DNA of 64,000 nucleotides from Planctomycetota bacterium (lineage in GTDB: Bacteria > Planctomycetota > B15-G4 > JADJEK01). The translations under genes were made by a program, and so were the position numbers. The notes below the pieces were generated by a model that saw nothing but the letters and a program-made list of their open reading frames with translations, was not told the origin of the DNA and did not search any database. The first letter of the stretch is position 1. The number at the start of each line of letters is the position of its first letter. Location of the stretch: NCBI GenBank assembly GCA_044225365.1, contig JBGAIQ010000007.1:1-64000 (forward strand), in the 5' to 3' direction. This document shows, piece after piece, positions 50,312-60,223 of the stretch.

Positions 50312-51139
50312 GTGGCGATTCAGGCGTCCGATTTCCAATACGTCCGGGACCTGGTCCAACGAGAGACATCGATCGTCCTCGAGGCCGGTCGTGAATACCT
50401 CGTCGAATCTCGCCTCCTGACGCTCGCTCGTCAGGAGAACGCCGCGGGGATCGAGCAGTTGATGTCGGCGGCTCGAAGCAACCGAGATCCGCGACTGACG
50501 CGTCGCATCGTCGAAGCGATGACGACGAACGAAACCTCGTTCTTCCGCGATCCCAACTTCTTCGAGGGACTGAAGACCGTCGTCCTTCCCGATCTGATCG
50601 CGAAACGAAAGGCCGAGAAAAAGCTCACGATCTGGTGCGCAGCGTGCTCTTCGGGGCAGGAACCCTACAGCATTGCGATGATGCTGAAGGAGCTCTCACC
50701 CAAGATGCCCGACTTCCGCATCGAGATCATCGCGACCGACTTCTGCGAGAAGATGGTCGAGAAGTCTCGCAGCGGGCTGTACTCGCAACTCGAGGTGAAC
50801 CGCGGACTCCCGACGAAACTGCTCCTGCAGTGGTTCGAGAGGTCGGGAGCGGACTTCAGGGTGAAGGAAGAGGTTCGCCGGATGATCGAATTCCGGCAGC
50901 TCAATCTCGCCGCTTCGACGTGGCCGAATCTCCCTCCGCTCGACCTCGTGTTCCTGCGAAACGTCCTCATCTACTTCAACCTCGAGACGAAGCGCGGGAT
51001 CCTGCAGCGAGCTCGGCGACTCATGCGCTCGGACGCCACCCTCGTGTTGGGAAGTACCGAAACTACATTCAACGTCGACCCTACTTTCGACCGATACGAA
51101 GCCGCACGGGCCATCTTCTACCGTCTCCGCGAAGTTTGA
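50312..51139 (+). CDS. cheR: Chemotaxis methyltransferase
   Basis: TTNETSFFRD, WCAACSSGQEPYS and RNVLIYF motifs. GTG start could alternatively be 50303. Confidence 0.96.
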   Translation: MAIQASDFQYVRDLVQRETSIVLEAGREYLVESRLLTLARQENAAGIEQLMSAARSNRDPRLTRRIVEAMTTNETSFFRDPNFFEGLKTVVLPDLIAKRKAEKKLTIWCAACSSGQEPYSIAMMLKELSPKMPDFRIEIIATDFCEKMVEKSRSGLYSQLEVNRGLPTKLLLQWFERSGADFRVKEEVRRMIEFRQLNLAASTWPNLPPLDLVFLRNVLIYFNLETKRGILQRARRLMRSDATLVLGSTETTFNVDPTFDRYEAARAIFYRLREV

Positions 51140-51150
51140 GGAGCCAGCGA

Positions 51151-51615
51151 ATGTTCACAGACGAAACCCTGCAGGCCGACATCGCCAAGATCACGCACGA
51201 CGTCTTCGAGACGATGCTGGGGATGTCGGTCGAGCGCATCGAAGCGGCGCAGGCGCCCTCCGACACGAAGATGATGTACACGGGCCTCGTGACCGTCTCC
51301 GGGAGCTGGAGCGGCGCGATCATGCTGGCGTGCGACGCGGAACTGGCGCGGACGATCGCTTCGATGATGTTCGGGACGGAATCGAGTGCGACGACCGACG
51401 CCGAGATCAACGACGCGATGGGCGAGATGGCGAACATGATCGGCGGCAACTTCAAGTCGATGATCCCTCCGCCGGTGACCCTGTCGCTCCCGAGCGTCGC
51501 AACCGGGATCAAATCGGTAGTTCGCGTGCCGGGCTGCAGCGAGGTTGGTCGCTACGCCTTCGAATTCCGCGCGGGCGAAGCACAGTTCACCGTCTGCGTG
51601 CTCGAACATTCGTGA
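51151..51615 (+). CDS. cheX: Chemotaxis phosphatase CheX
   Basis: DAMGEMANMIGGNFK and LSLPSV motifs. Confidence 0.9.
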   Translation: MFTDETLQADIAKITHDVFETMLGMSVERIEAAQAPSDTKMMYTGLVTVSGSWSGAIMLACDAELARTIASMMFGTESSATTDAEINDAMGEMANMIGGNFKSMIPPPVTLSLPSVATGIKSVVRVPGCSEVGRYAFEFRAGEAQFTVCVLEHS

Positions 51616-51670
51616 AAGAACCAGATCGACAACGACGAAGACAGCAACGGATTCAGCGAGGACAACCCAG

Positions 51671-52039
51671 ATGAAGATCATGATCGTCGACGACAGCAAG
51701 GCCATGCGGATGATCGTCATGCGCACGCTGCGCCAAGCGGGATTCGATGGGAACACGTTCATCGAGGCCGAGAACGGAGCGCAAGCCTTCACCGCGATCT
51801 CCGCCGACATGCCCGACATCGTCCTATGCGACTGGAACATGCCGGAGATGAACGGTCTCGAATTGCTCCAGAAACTGAATACCGAGCAGAAGAAGGTGAA
51901 GTTCGGCTTCGTCACGTCGGAGGCGAGTCCGGAGATGCGGGAGAAGGCCCTCGCGAACGGCGCGCTGTTCCTGATCGGCAAGCCGTTCACGGCCGAAGCG
52001 TTCCAAGGCGTTCTCCAGCCGCTGCTCGCCGCGAAGTGA
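51671..52039 (+). CDS. cheY: Second CheY-like response regulator
   Basis: IVDDSKAMR, DWNMP, FGFVTSE and KPFT motifs. Confidence 0.9.
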   Translation: MKIMIVDDSKAMRMIVMRTLRQAGFDGNTFIEAENGAQAFTAISADMPDIVLCDWNMPEMNGLELLQKLNTEQKKVKFGFVTSEASPEMREKALANGALFLIGKPFTAEAFQGVLQPLLAAK

Positions 52040-52064
52040 GGACCAAGGGCGCGAGGACTCGAAG

Positions 52065-52550
52065 ATGACCTGCGTCTACGAACTACCGGCCCCGGAGACC
52101 GTCACGAAGCTGCTCTCCGACCTCCTGGGCAAACCATCGAAGGCTCTGAGGGCAAGTCGGTTTCCCGTAGGCCCGAAGACACCTGGTGCGGTGAGCATCC
52201 TCGTCAACGAGGAGAACAAACCGGGCGTGGTGATCTTCGCCGACATCGCATTTGCGTGCTCGGCCGGTGGTGCACTCTCACTGATCCCGCAGAACATCGT
52301 GGAAGAGGGGATCAAGTCCGGTGACGTTCCGAGCAACATGCTCGAGAACTTCAAGGAAGTGATGAACATCGCGAGATCCTGGTTCGAGAAACCGAGCGTC
52401 CCGAAACTGAAGCTGGACTCGGTGAAGCCCGCGGTCGGCAATTGCTCGCGCGGCTTGCTCACGATGTTGTTGAAGTCGAAGTATCGCCTCGACCTGAACG
52501 TCGAGATCACGGGCTACCCGAAGGGGCGCCTCGTGATCTGCGTCACTTGA
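52065..52550 (+). CDS. Conserved hypothetical, possible CheC/CheX-like fold (ExxN)
   Basis: Last gene of the che operon; LP..V..LL.DLLG, GALSLIP and ENFKEVMNI motifs. Confidence 0.65.
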   Translation: MTCVYELPAPETVTKLLSDLLGKPSKALRASRFPVGPKTPGAVSILVNEENKPGVVIFADIAFACSAGGALSLIPQNIVEEGIKSGDVPSNMLENFKEVMNIARSWFEKPSVPKLKLDSVKPAVGNCSRGLLTMLLKSKYRLDLNVEITGYPKGRLVICVT

Positions 52551-52578
52551 TCGAGTCGCGACCTCCGCCTCGAATGGC

Positions 52579-55512
52579 TTACCAGTCGAAGATCTGCTCG
52601 ACGGATTCGAAGTCGTTCAGCATGTCGAACGGCGGATCCCGATCGTTCTTCTTGGGGTCGTCGAGGCGTCGCTTCTGCTTGCGGGGCCGCGTCGCTTCGT
52701 GTCCACGCGGGTCGCCCTCGATCATCTTGAACGCTTGTAGCGCAGGCTGATCCTCGACCTCTTTCGATAGCTCGCGCGCAGCGCCGTCGAGTTTCCGGCG
52801 GCGACGTCGGCCACCCTTCTTCTCGGTCTGGTCGACTCCCGTGCGAATCACACTGATCGGACCTGGATCGTCGACGGTCCCGAAGGGGGCGTGCCAGTCG
52901 ATCTCCACGACCGGATCCTCCTCCTCGACGAGCTCGACGATTTCGGGTGGCGGGCCGCGGCGATTTCGGTCCCCGCCGTGGCGCGCGTTGTCGGAGGCGC
53001 CCTGCGACGGACCCTGGCGATCGGCGCCATCGCGACCGCGCCCGCGACCGCGCCGCCTCCGTCGTCGCCCGCGTCGATCGTCGTTTCCCTGGCCCGAACC
53101 GCGCGACTCATCGCCGGACGCACCAGGAGCGTGCGAATCATCGCTTGGAGACGATGGAGAGCCCGCGACGGGCTCGAGGTCGAGATTCTCCGAATCGACC
53201 GGTTCCGACGGTGTATCGGGCTGACGCTGAGGATCGCGATGGCCTCGCCGAGAGGAGTTGTTGCGGTCGTCCCGATGGCGGTCGGAATGCGGAGATCGCT
53301 CGTTGCGCGGTCCTCGATCCTGGCGTTCTCCACGGGGGCCACGAGCGTCACGGTTCGAAGGATGCTGCGATGGGTCGATCTCTTCGGTCGGTCGCGGTTC
53401 GCCGGATTCCGTGCGGGCTCCGCTCGGGCCACCGCCGTCTCGTTCACGATCGCGTCCGCGGCCACGGCCCCTGCGGCGCCGACGTCCGCGGCGGCCACGG
53501 CCCTCGTTCGAGTCGCCCTCGCTCGTAGGAGCATGACGACCGAACGGCGTGGGTCCGCCGCCTTCGTCGTCGGGATGTGCCGCTTCGTCGCCAGCCATCG
53601 CCCCCGCGGCATCGCGGTCGAATGCGTCCTCGGAATCGGGAGGCGGAGACTCGTCCTCGGCGTCGCCTTCGTCGCTTCGGAAATTCGCGTTGCCGCGATC
53701 GTTCCGAGCGCGAACAACGGGGTAGTCCGGAGCGTCGTCCCCTCCGCCATCTTCGTGATCGGAAGCGATGGGCGAATCGTCGGAGTCGTCCGGATGGCCC
53801 TTGCTGGAGTCCTGGTGCGGGCGATCCCGCCGCGCGCGATCGCCCGGAGAGCGCGAATCCCCGCGATGCGAGCGCTCCTCGGCTTCCTGATCGGTCGTGA
53901 AGTCGTCGAAGGGCGCTTCGAGCTTTGCGCGATGATAGGCCTGCGGATTCGTGCTACGGAGATGCCCGTAATACACGTCGAGCCAACGCCGGATCTCGTC
54001 CTCGTTGTGGTCCTGGAGGACGTGCGACTCGATTCGGAAGAAGTCGAGCGAGTCCTTGAAGTAGTCGCGACGAACGAAGTCGATCGGCTTCACGCGCCGC
54101 CGTCGGCGCGATCCTTTCGGCTTCAAGAATCGCGATTGCGCGACCACGATCTGCTTCACGCGGAACGCGTCGCGTCGCGAAATCGCCGTACGCGCGGCGA
54201 ACGGGCGCATCACTCGATCCGCGGCCATGCCGGGATCGCGGGGGCCATCGGGATCGGCGATCGCTTCGCGGATCGCTCCGACGAGGAGGCAACACAGCAG
54301 CGTCGCGTTTCCAAAGCTGCGCCGACCACGATCCGCGTGATCGACGACCTCGAGATACTGACGAATCCGATCCCCGGCATCGAACGGCAGAGCATCGGGA
54401 TCGTCGTTCTCGACGCGCTCGGCCTGCCGCTCGAGATAGGCGTGAATCTCCGGGAGGATGATCTCGAGCACGCCCGTGCGTCGCATGAGATCGAACGCAA
54501 CCGCCGAAGCTCCGCACGAGAGGATCTTGAGGAGTTCTTCGGTGAGGCGCGGTGGGGCGCACTTGCGGAGATCGACGCTGTATTCCGTCATCGCGTCGAA
54601 CGTGGCTGGGTCGAACTCGAATCCAAGTCGCGCCGCGAACTTGATCGCGCGCAGGATCCGAACCGGATCCTCCTGGAATCGAATGGCGGGATCGCCGATG
54701 GTGCGGATCGTGCGGGTCGCGAGGTCCTCGGCGCCACCGACGTAGTCGAGGACGACGTTCTCATCGACGTCGTAGAACAACGCATTGACGGTGAAGTCGC
54801 GGCGCACCGCATCTTCCTGAGCAGACCCGAAGACGTTGTCGCGGCGGATCATCAGATCGCCGGAGGAACCGTCGCCGAACTCCTCTTCACCGCCGTCCCC
54901 ATCGCCGTCCGGAGAGTCCTCGTCGCGTTCGTTCGCCGATCGTTCGGAACGCCGCGAATTGCGAGGTCCGCCGCCGCGACCGCGACCTCCGTCGTGGGTG
55001 CGATTCCTCTCGACTCGGTCCGGGCGATCGTAGTCGTCGCTCGGGGCTTCGCCTTCGTCACTGCCGTCGCCTTCGTAGCCAGGTTCGGACTCATCGCTCG
55101 CGGAGGTTTCCGGGGGAGCGCTTTCGAGGGAATCGTTCGCTTCGATGGGTTCGACGAAGTCGGAGGGTGCGTCGACCTCGATGTCGGCTGCCGTCTCCGC
55201 GTCGATGTTCGGATTCTTGCGGAACGTCGAGACCTCGATGATCTTCTCGCCGAACTGGATGTGCACCAGCTTGAAGCGTCGGCCGATGATCCGCGCGTTG
55301 CGGAACAGCCGTTTGATCTGGCGGGGCCGTGCCGAGGTTGCGACGTCGAAATCCTTCGGGATGTGGCCGAGAGACAGGTCGCGCACGCAACCGCCCACGA
55401 GGTAGGCCTCGTGACCGTATCGCTTCAGACGACGGCAAATCTTCACGGCCTCCGGATCGAGGGACGCGGGGACGATCAGGGGCTCGTAGATGCGCGCGGG
55501 CTGGGACTCCAT
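52579..55512 (-). CDS. pcnB: Poly(A) polymerase I with a large disordered insertion and C-terminal tail
   Basis: GGCVRD, PKDFD, the PAP-specific IIGRRFKLVHI, RRDFTVNAL and EDPVRILRAIKF; start MESQPARIYEP. Confidence 0.93.
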   Translation of the reverse strand: MESQPARIYEPLIVPASLDPEAVKICRRLKRYGHEAYLVGGCVRDLSLGHIPKDFDVATSARPRQIKRLFRNARIIGRRFKLVHIQFGEKIIEVSTFRKNPNIDAETAADIEVDAPSDFVEPIEANDSLESAPPETSASDESEPGYEGDGSDEGEAPSDDYDRPDRVERNRTHDGGRGRGGGPRNSRRSERSANERDEDSPDGDGDGGEEEFGDGSSGDLMIRRDNVFGSAQEDAVRRDFTVNALFYDVDENVVLDYVGGAEDLATRTIRTIGDPAIRFQEDPVRILRAIKFAARLGFEFDPATFDAMTEYSVDLRKCAPPRLTEELLKILSCGASAVAFDLMRRTGVLEIILPEIHAYLERQAERVENDDPDALPFDAGDRIRQYLEVVDHADRGRRSFGNATLLCCLLVGAIREAIADPDGPRDPGMAADRVMRPFAARTAISRRDAFRVKQIVVAQSRFLKPKGSRRRRRVKPIDFVRRDYFKDSLDFFRIESHVLQDHNEDEIRRWLDVYYGHLRSTNPQAYHRAKLEAPFDDFTTDQEAEERSHRGDSRSPGDRARRDRPHQDSSKGHPDDSDDSPIASDHEDGGGDDAPDYPVVRARNDRGNANFRSDEGDAEDESPPPDSEDAFDRDAAGAMAGDEAAHPDDEGGGPTPFGRHAPTSEGDSNEGRGRRGRRRRRGRGRGRDRERDGGGPSGARTESGEPRPTEEIDPSQHPSNRDARGPRGERQDRGPRNERSPHSDRHRDDRNNSSRRGHRDPQRQPDTPSEPVDSENLDLEPVAGSPSSPSDDSHAPGASGDESRGSGQGNDDRRGRRRRRRGRGRGRDGADRQGPSQGASDNARHGGDRNRRGPPPEIVELVEEEDPVVEIDWHAPFGTVDDPGPISVIRTGVDQTEKKGGRRRRRKLDGAARELSKEVEDQPALQAFKMIEGDPRGHEATRPRKQKRRLDDPKKNDRDPPFDMLNDFESVEQIFDW

Positions 55513-55583
55513 CGCACTTTCCGAAGGGGACAAGGCCGGGTGGCCGAAAAGAGGATCCGACCCTGGATTGTAGCGGACTGGCT

Positions 55584-56405
55584 CTACGAACGAGCGTCCA
55601 TCGCGGAACGAAACCTCGCAACTCGGCGGGGATCGACTGGCCGCGAGATCTCGCCGCCCTGCTTCAGCGCGGTTCCGACGACGAATCCACGCGCCGCGGT
55701 GAAACTCCGGAGATTGTCGGCCGTCGCCCCGCTCGCGACGAGGACCGGAGCACCCTTGGAGCAGGCCGCGACCGCGTCCAGCCATTCGTGCCCCGGGGCC
55801 CGTCCCGTCGTCTTCCCCGTGACCAGGATGGCATCGACCAGCGCTCGATCGAGCAATTCCTCGACCTCGACCGCCACGTCCTCGGTTCGCATCGGCGTCG
55901 CGTGCTTCACGCGCAGGTCGGCGAGGATCCGGCAATCACTTTCGAGCATCCGACGACGTCGGAGCAGTTCGGCGGCGCGCCCTTCGATGATCCCCTGATC
56001 CGTGACGGCGGCTCCGGTCAGGACGTTCACCCGCAGGAAATCGAGTTCGGCTCCCACGGCGACCGCGAGAGCCGAGAGCGCCGCATTGCGGAGTACGTTG
56101 ACTCCGACCGGCTTCCCCTTGGCGAGAGACTTCAGGTCCGATCCGATCACCGCCATCGCGGCGACGACCTGTTCTTCTGCGATGTCGCGGTGGAACGGAG
56201 CATCGCCGAAGTTTTCGACGATCACCGCGTCGGCTCCGTGATCGAAGTACGCCCTGGCGTCGGCGATGGCGGACTCTCGGATTCGCGAAAGCGATTCACT
56301 CGCGCGCGGCGAGCCGGGCAGCGGGGCGAGGTGCACGACTCCGATCAACGTACGGCCGCGCCCGAACAGCGCGTCGTAGCTCGAAGCGATCTTCTTGCTC
56401 GCCAT
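55584..56405 (-). CDS. BtpA/SgcQ family protein
   Basis: IGVVHLAPLPGSP, ENFGDAPF, GVNVLRN, VKH and VGTALK motifs. Confidence 0.93.
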   Translation of the reverse strand: MASKKIASSYDALFGRGRTLIGVVHLAPLPGSPRASESLSRIRESAIADARAYFDHGADAVIVENFGDAPFHRDIAEEQVVAAMAVIGSDLKSLAKGKPVGVNVLRNAALSALAVAVGAELDFLRVNVLTGAAVTDQGIIEGRAAELLRRRRMLESDCRILADLRVKHATPMRTEDVAVEVEELLDRALVDAILVTGKTTGRAPGHEWLDAVAACSKGAPVLVASGATADNLRSFTAARGFVVGTALKQGGEISRPVDPRRVARFRSAMDARS

Positions 56406-56645
56406 GGACCGTCCTCGTTTCGATGGCTGCGGATGCAGAGGTCTGCCGGGTGCCGAGACGCAGTCTCTCGGTGACGACCGGGGCCGGAAATGTACCGGAT
56501 CGATTCGGCTCGATCAGGGTTGCTCGCGAATTGGTCGGAGGATCGTTCGAGGCGTCTGCTACCTTCGGGTTGCGCGCGCGAAGCGGGGTCGGCGCGATCG
56601 AGACCCGCCGCATCACCGCGCCTTTCGACCCAGCGAGAGTCCCGA

Positions 56646-57989
56646 ATGACTCCACTCTTCGAACGCCACGACCTCGCCGACGGAATCACGCTGTATGCGG
56701 CGTCCACGGCGCGATTCAAGTCGATCGCCGTCAAGCTGCGCTTCATCGAGCCGCTCGATGCGCGCGCGGCGATGCGCGCCATCGTCGTTTCGCTGCTGCG
56801 GCGCGGGTGTGTCAGCGCTCCCGACCTGATGTCGATCGCCCGTCGCGCAGAGAGTCTCTACGGTGCTTCGTTCATGATGGACGTGGGCCGGATCGGAGAG
56901 ATGCAGGCGAGCGACTTCGGATTGCAGGTGGCGCATCCGAAGTTCCTCGACGAGCCTCGGACGCTCGTCGATTCCCTGGCGTTCCTGCGCGAATTGATCG
57001 AACAGCCGGTCCTCGAGGACGGCGGCTTTCGTGCACACGAATTCGAGCAGGAGCGATCGAATCTCCTCCGAGCGATCGCTGCGATCTTCGATGACAAAGC
57101 GTCCTGGTCGCACGTTCGACTCATCGAGTGCATGTTCGCGGGCGAACCCTATGCGAGGCTCGATCACGGCACGATCGCCGAGGTGAATTCCCTCGATCGG
57201 TGCACGTCGTGGTCGGAACATCGGAGACGAGTGCGGGAGACGCCCCTCGATCTGTTCGCGATCGGCGATCTCGGCGAGTCGCGATCCGATTCAGCGGTGC
57301 TCGATCCGTTGCGAGCAATCGGGGAGTTCGGCTCGGCGTTCTCTGCGCGAGCGTCGCGAACGCGGAGCTTCGAGTACGAGTCGGCGCCTCACGCCCCTCG
57401 ATCGCAGACTCCGCGCCAGATCGTCGAGCCGATCCAAGCTGCCGAGAGCCACCTCTTGATCGGGCATCGATTCGATGCGAAGTCCCTTGACCCTCGCGGC
57501 CAGCTCGCGATGTCGGTATTCGCGACGATGCTCGGCGGCGGGGCGCACTCGCTGTTGTTCTCCGAGCTGCGCGAACGAGCCGGCCTCGCGTATTCGACGA
57601 ACGCCCACCTCGACCGCGTGAAGGGTTTCCTCGCGGTCTATGCCGGTATCGCTCGCGATCGCTTCGAAGAAGCGCGCGATCGGATGCGGGACCTCGTGGC
57701 GCGATGTGCGAAGGGCGAGTTCGACGACGGCACCTATTCCGCGGCGATCGCGACTTTGCGACACTCGATCCGTACGGCGTTGGATTCGCCGGGTCGAGCG
57801 ATCGAATTCGCGTCTCGGGCGGTCGCCACGGGTTGGCCACCCGACCCCGTCGCATACTCGACGGTGCTCGATACATTGGATCGCGCCGCCGTCATCGAAG
57901 CCGCGAATCGCGTGCGTGAGGACGTGTGTTTCCTGGCCGCTGGAAGGACCGATGCAAACGACCGCGGAACTGAGCAAGAAACTCGATGA
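56646..57989 (+). CDS. M16 family non-catalytic subunit, YmfF-like
   Basis: RFKS, ESLYGA, LGGGAHSLLFSELRERAGLAYS; no HxxEH. Confidence 0.85.
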   Translation: MTPLFERHDLADGITLYAASTARFKSIAVKLRFIEPLDARAAMRAIVVSLLRRGCVSAPDLMSIARRAESLYGASFMMDVGRIGEMQASDFGLQVAHPKFLDEPRTLVDSLAFLRELIEQPVLEDGGFRAHEFEQERSNLLRAIAAIFDDKASWSHVRLIECMFAGEPYARLDHGTIAEVNSLDRCTSWSEHRRRVRETPLDLFAIGDLGESRSDSAVLDPLRAIGEFGSAFSARASRTRSFEYESAPHAPRSQTPRQIVEPIQAAESHLLIGHRFDAKSLDPRGQLAMSVFATMLGGGAHSLLFSELRERAGLAYSTNAHLDRVKGFLAVYAGIARDRFEEARDRMRDLVARCAKGEFDDGTYSAAIATLRHSIRTALDSPGRAIEFASRAVATGWPPDPVAYSTVLDTLDRAAVIEAANRVREDVCFLAAGRTDANDRGTEQETR

Positions 57990-59271
57990 ACCGCTCATCG
58001 CGCTGACGCACCCATCGGGAATGCGCATCCGTATCGCGAGGAAGCCCGGTTTCTCGCGAGTCCACGCCGTGTTGACCGCGCGCTTCGGATCGGTCGATCG
58101 CCGCCGGGAGAATTCGGGAAGCTCGACGGAACTGCCGGCAGGTCTCGCGCACTTCCTCGAGCATCAGATGTTCGAGGACGAGGGTGGTGACATCGCGGCG
58201 CGCTTTGCCCGGCTCGGCGCATCGTCGAACGCGTTCACATCGTTCGTCAATACGAGCTACGTCTTCGATGCGTCGGATTTCCTTCCCGAATGCCTGGACC
58301 TCCTGCTCGCGCTCGTGTTGCGACCCCATTTCACCTCGGCATCGGTCGCGAAGGAGGTCCTCGTCATCGCACGGGAGATCCGGATGGTCGAGGACGATCC
58401 AGGCGCCCGGATCTTTCAGAATCTCTTGCGCGCACTGTATTCGACCCATCCCGTTCGAGTGCCCATCGCGGGGACCGAGGCCTCGATCGCGACGATCACG
58501 CCGGAAATGCTGATGGACGCGCATCGCGCGTTCTATCGTCCCGACCATCTCGCGCTCGCGGTCGTGGGGGACGTGGATCCGAACGTCGTATTCGCAGCCG
58601 TCGACCGGGCCCTGGGGCGAGAGACGGCCACCGCCTCGGACCCTGCACCGTCGGAGATGACCGTGTCGAACGACGAGGGTTCGCCGGCCGTCGCTGAGAT
58701 TCGCGCGACGATGGAAGTCGCCCGCCCGAAGTGGCTCCTCGGTTTCAAGGATCGTGGCGTTCCGGCCGCAGGTATGCGGCTGCTCGAACGCGAGATCGCG
58801 ACCAGCATGCTTCTCGACATCCTGTTCTCCGCCTCGTCCACGGCGCACGAGGAGTGGCTGCGTTCGGGAGTGATCGACGACACGTTCGCCTACGAATACA
58901 CCGCCGAGTCGGGATTCGGATTCCTCGCATTCGCCTCGGACATCGCCGAGGCGCCCGCACGCGGAGCCTCGACTCGTCTCGAGGACGCCATCGGACGCGA
59001 GATCGAACGGGTTCGGACCGCGGGCGTCGACGAAGCGGATTTCGCGCGGATCCAGCGCCGTCAGATCGGCAGATTCGTGAGCTTCTTCGATCACCTCGAC
59101 GGACTCGCGACGGCGTTGTCGCAACTCGCGTTGTACGAACTCACGCCGCTGCATTGGATCGAGGCCGCACGTTCGATCCGTCGCGAAGATCTGGAAGCGC
59201 GTGCTTGCGACCTATTCGACCGGCGATTCGCGTCGCGTTCGCTCGTGCTCCCGTCGGGCGTGGAATCGTGA
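57952..59271 (+). CDS. M16 family catalytic subunit, YmfH-like
   Basis: PAGLAHFLEHQMFE, NAFTSF..TSY.F, HPVR.PIAGT and FYRP motifs. Confidence 0.9.
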   Translation: MQTTAELSKKLDEPLIALTHPSGMRIRIARKPGFSRVHAVLTARFGSVDRRRENSGSSTELPAGLAHFLEHQMFEDEGGDIAARFARLGASSNAFTSFVNTSYVFDASDFLPECLDLLLALVLRPHFTSASVAKEVLVIAREIRMVEDDPGARIFQNLLRALYSTHPVRVPIAGTEASIATITPEMLMDAHRAFYRPDHLALAVVGDVDPNVVFAAVDRALGRETATASDPAPSEMTVSNDEGSPAVAEIRATMEVARPKWLLGFKDRGVPAAGMRLLEREIATSMLLDILFSASSTAHEEWLRSGVIDDTFAYEYTAESGFGFLAFASDIAEAPARGASTRLEDAIGREIERVRTAGVDEADFARIQRRQIGRFVSFFDHLDGLATALSQLALYELTPLHWIEAARSIRREDLEARACDLFDRRFASRSLVLPSGVES

Positions 59272-60212
59272 GCGAGGACGCGCAGATCGTATTCGTCCTC
59301 ACCGGCGAGACGGCCGTCGGCAAGAAGGACGTCGGACTCGCGATCGCCCGACGACACGACTGCGAGATCGTGGCCGTCGATTCGATCAAGGTCTACCGCG
59401 GCCTCGTGATCGGCGGCGCGCAACCCACCGCGAGCGACCTGGGCGGGATCACGGCTCATCTGATCGGAACGGTGGATCCTGGAGAATCCTTCAGCGTGGG
59501 GCGGTGGGTGAAGGAAGCGGCGCAGGCCGTCGCGGCGATCCGTCGCCGCGGAAAGCGGCCGCTCTTCCTGGGCGGCACGCCCCTCTATCTGAATGCGCTG
59601 TTACGCGGGTTCTTCGACGGCCCGGCCTCCGACCCGAAGCTGCGCGCGGAACTCGAAGGAATCGCAGACCGCGACGGCGTGCCGACTCTTCACGCTCGCT
59701 TGGAAGCCGTGGATCCGGATTCGGCGGCGTGGATCGGGAAGAACGATTCGAAACGAATCGTTCGCGCACTCGAGGTCCACGCGATGACCGGAACGCCGAT
59801 TTCGCGACTGCAGCGCGAACAGACGCGGAGGATGGTCGACGGCGAATTCAAAGTGGCCGGAATCACCGCTGCGAACGACTTCTTGAGACAGCGACAGGCT
59901 GCTCGAGTCGATCGAATGCTCGAACGCGGGCTGGTCGACGAGGTGAGGATGCTCCTCGCCGCGGGGACGCTTCGGGGTGAGGCGGCCCGCGCGATCGGTT
60001 ACCGCGAGATCATCGATCATTTGCAGGAGGGATCGAGCCTCGAAGCGGCGCGCAGCCTGATCGTGCGCAACACTTGGGAGCTGACTCGCAAGCAGCGCAA
60101 GTGGTTTCGGAAGTTGAACGAGATCACCTTCGTCGAGCGCTTGCCGACGATGTCGCTCGAGACCTTGATCGACGAAGTCGATCGCGTGCTGACCTCGGCT
60201 CGAACTGTGTGA
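59268..60212 (+). CDS. miaA: tRNA dimethylallyltransferase
   Basis: GETAVGK, DSIKVYRG, GGTPLY, RIVRALEV, AIGYRE and RKQRKWF. GTGA overlap with the upstream stop. Confidence 0.93.
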   Translation: MSEDAQIVFVLTGETAVGKKDVGLAIARRHDCEIVAVDSIKVYRGLVIGGAQPTASDLGGITAHLIGTVDPGESFSVGRWVKEAAQAVAAIRRRGKRPLFLGGTPLYLNALLRGFFDGPASDPKLRAELEGIADRDGVPTLHARLEAVDPDSAAWIGKNDSKRIVRALEVHAMTGTPISRLQREQTRRMVDGEFKVAGITAANDFLRQRQAARVDRMLERGLVDEVRMLLAAGTLRGEAARAIGYREIIDHLQEGSSLEAARSLIVRNTWELTRKQRKWFRKLNEITFVERLPTMSLETLIDEVDRVLTSARTV

Positions 60213-60223
60213 CCGGATCTTGG

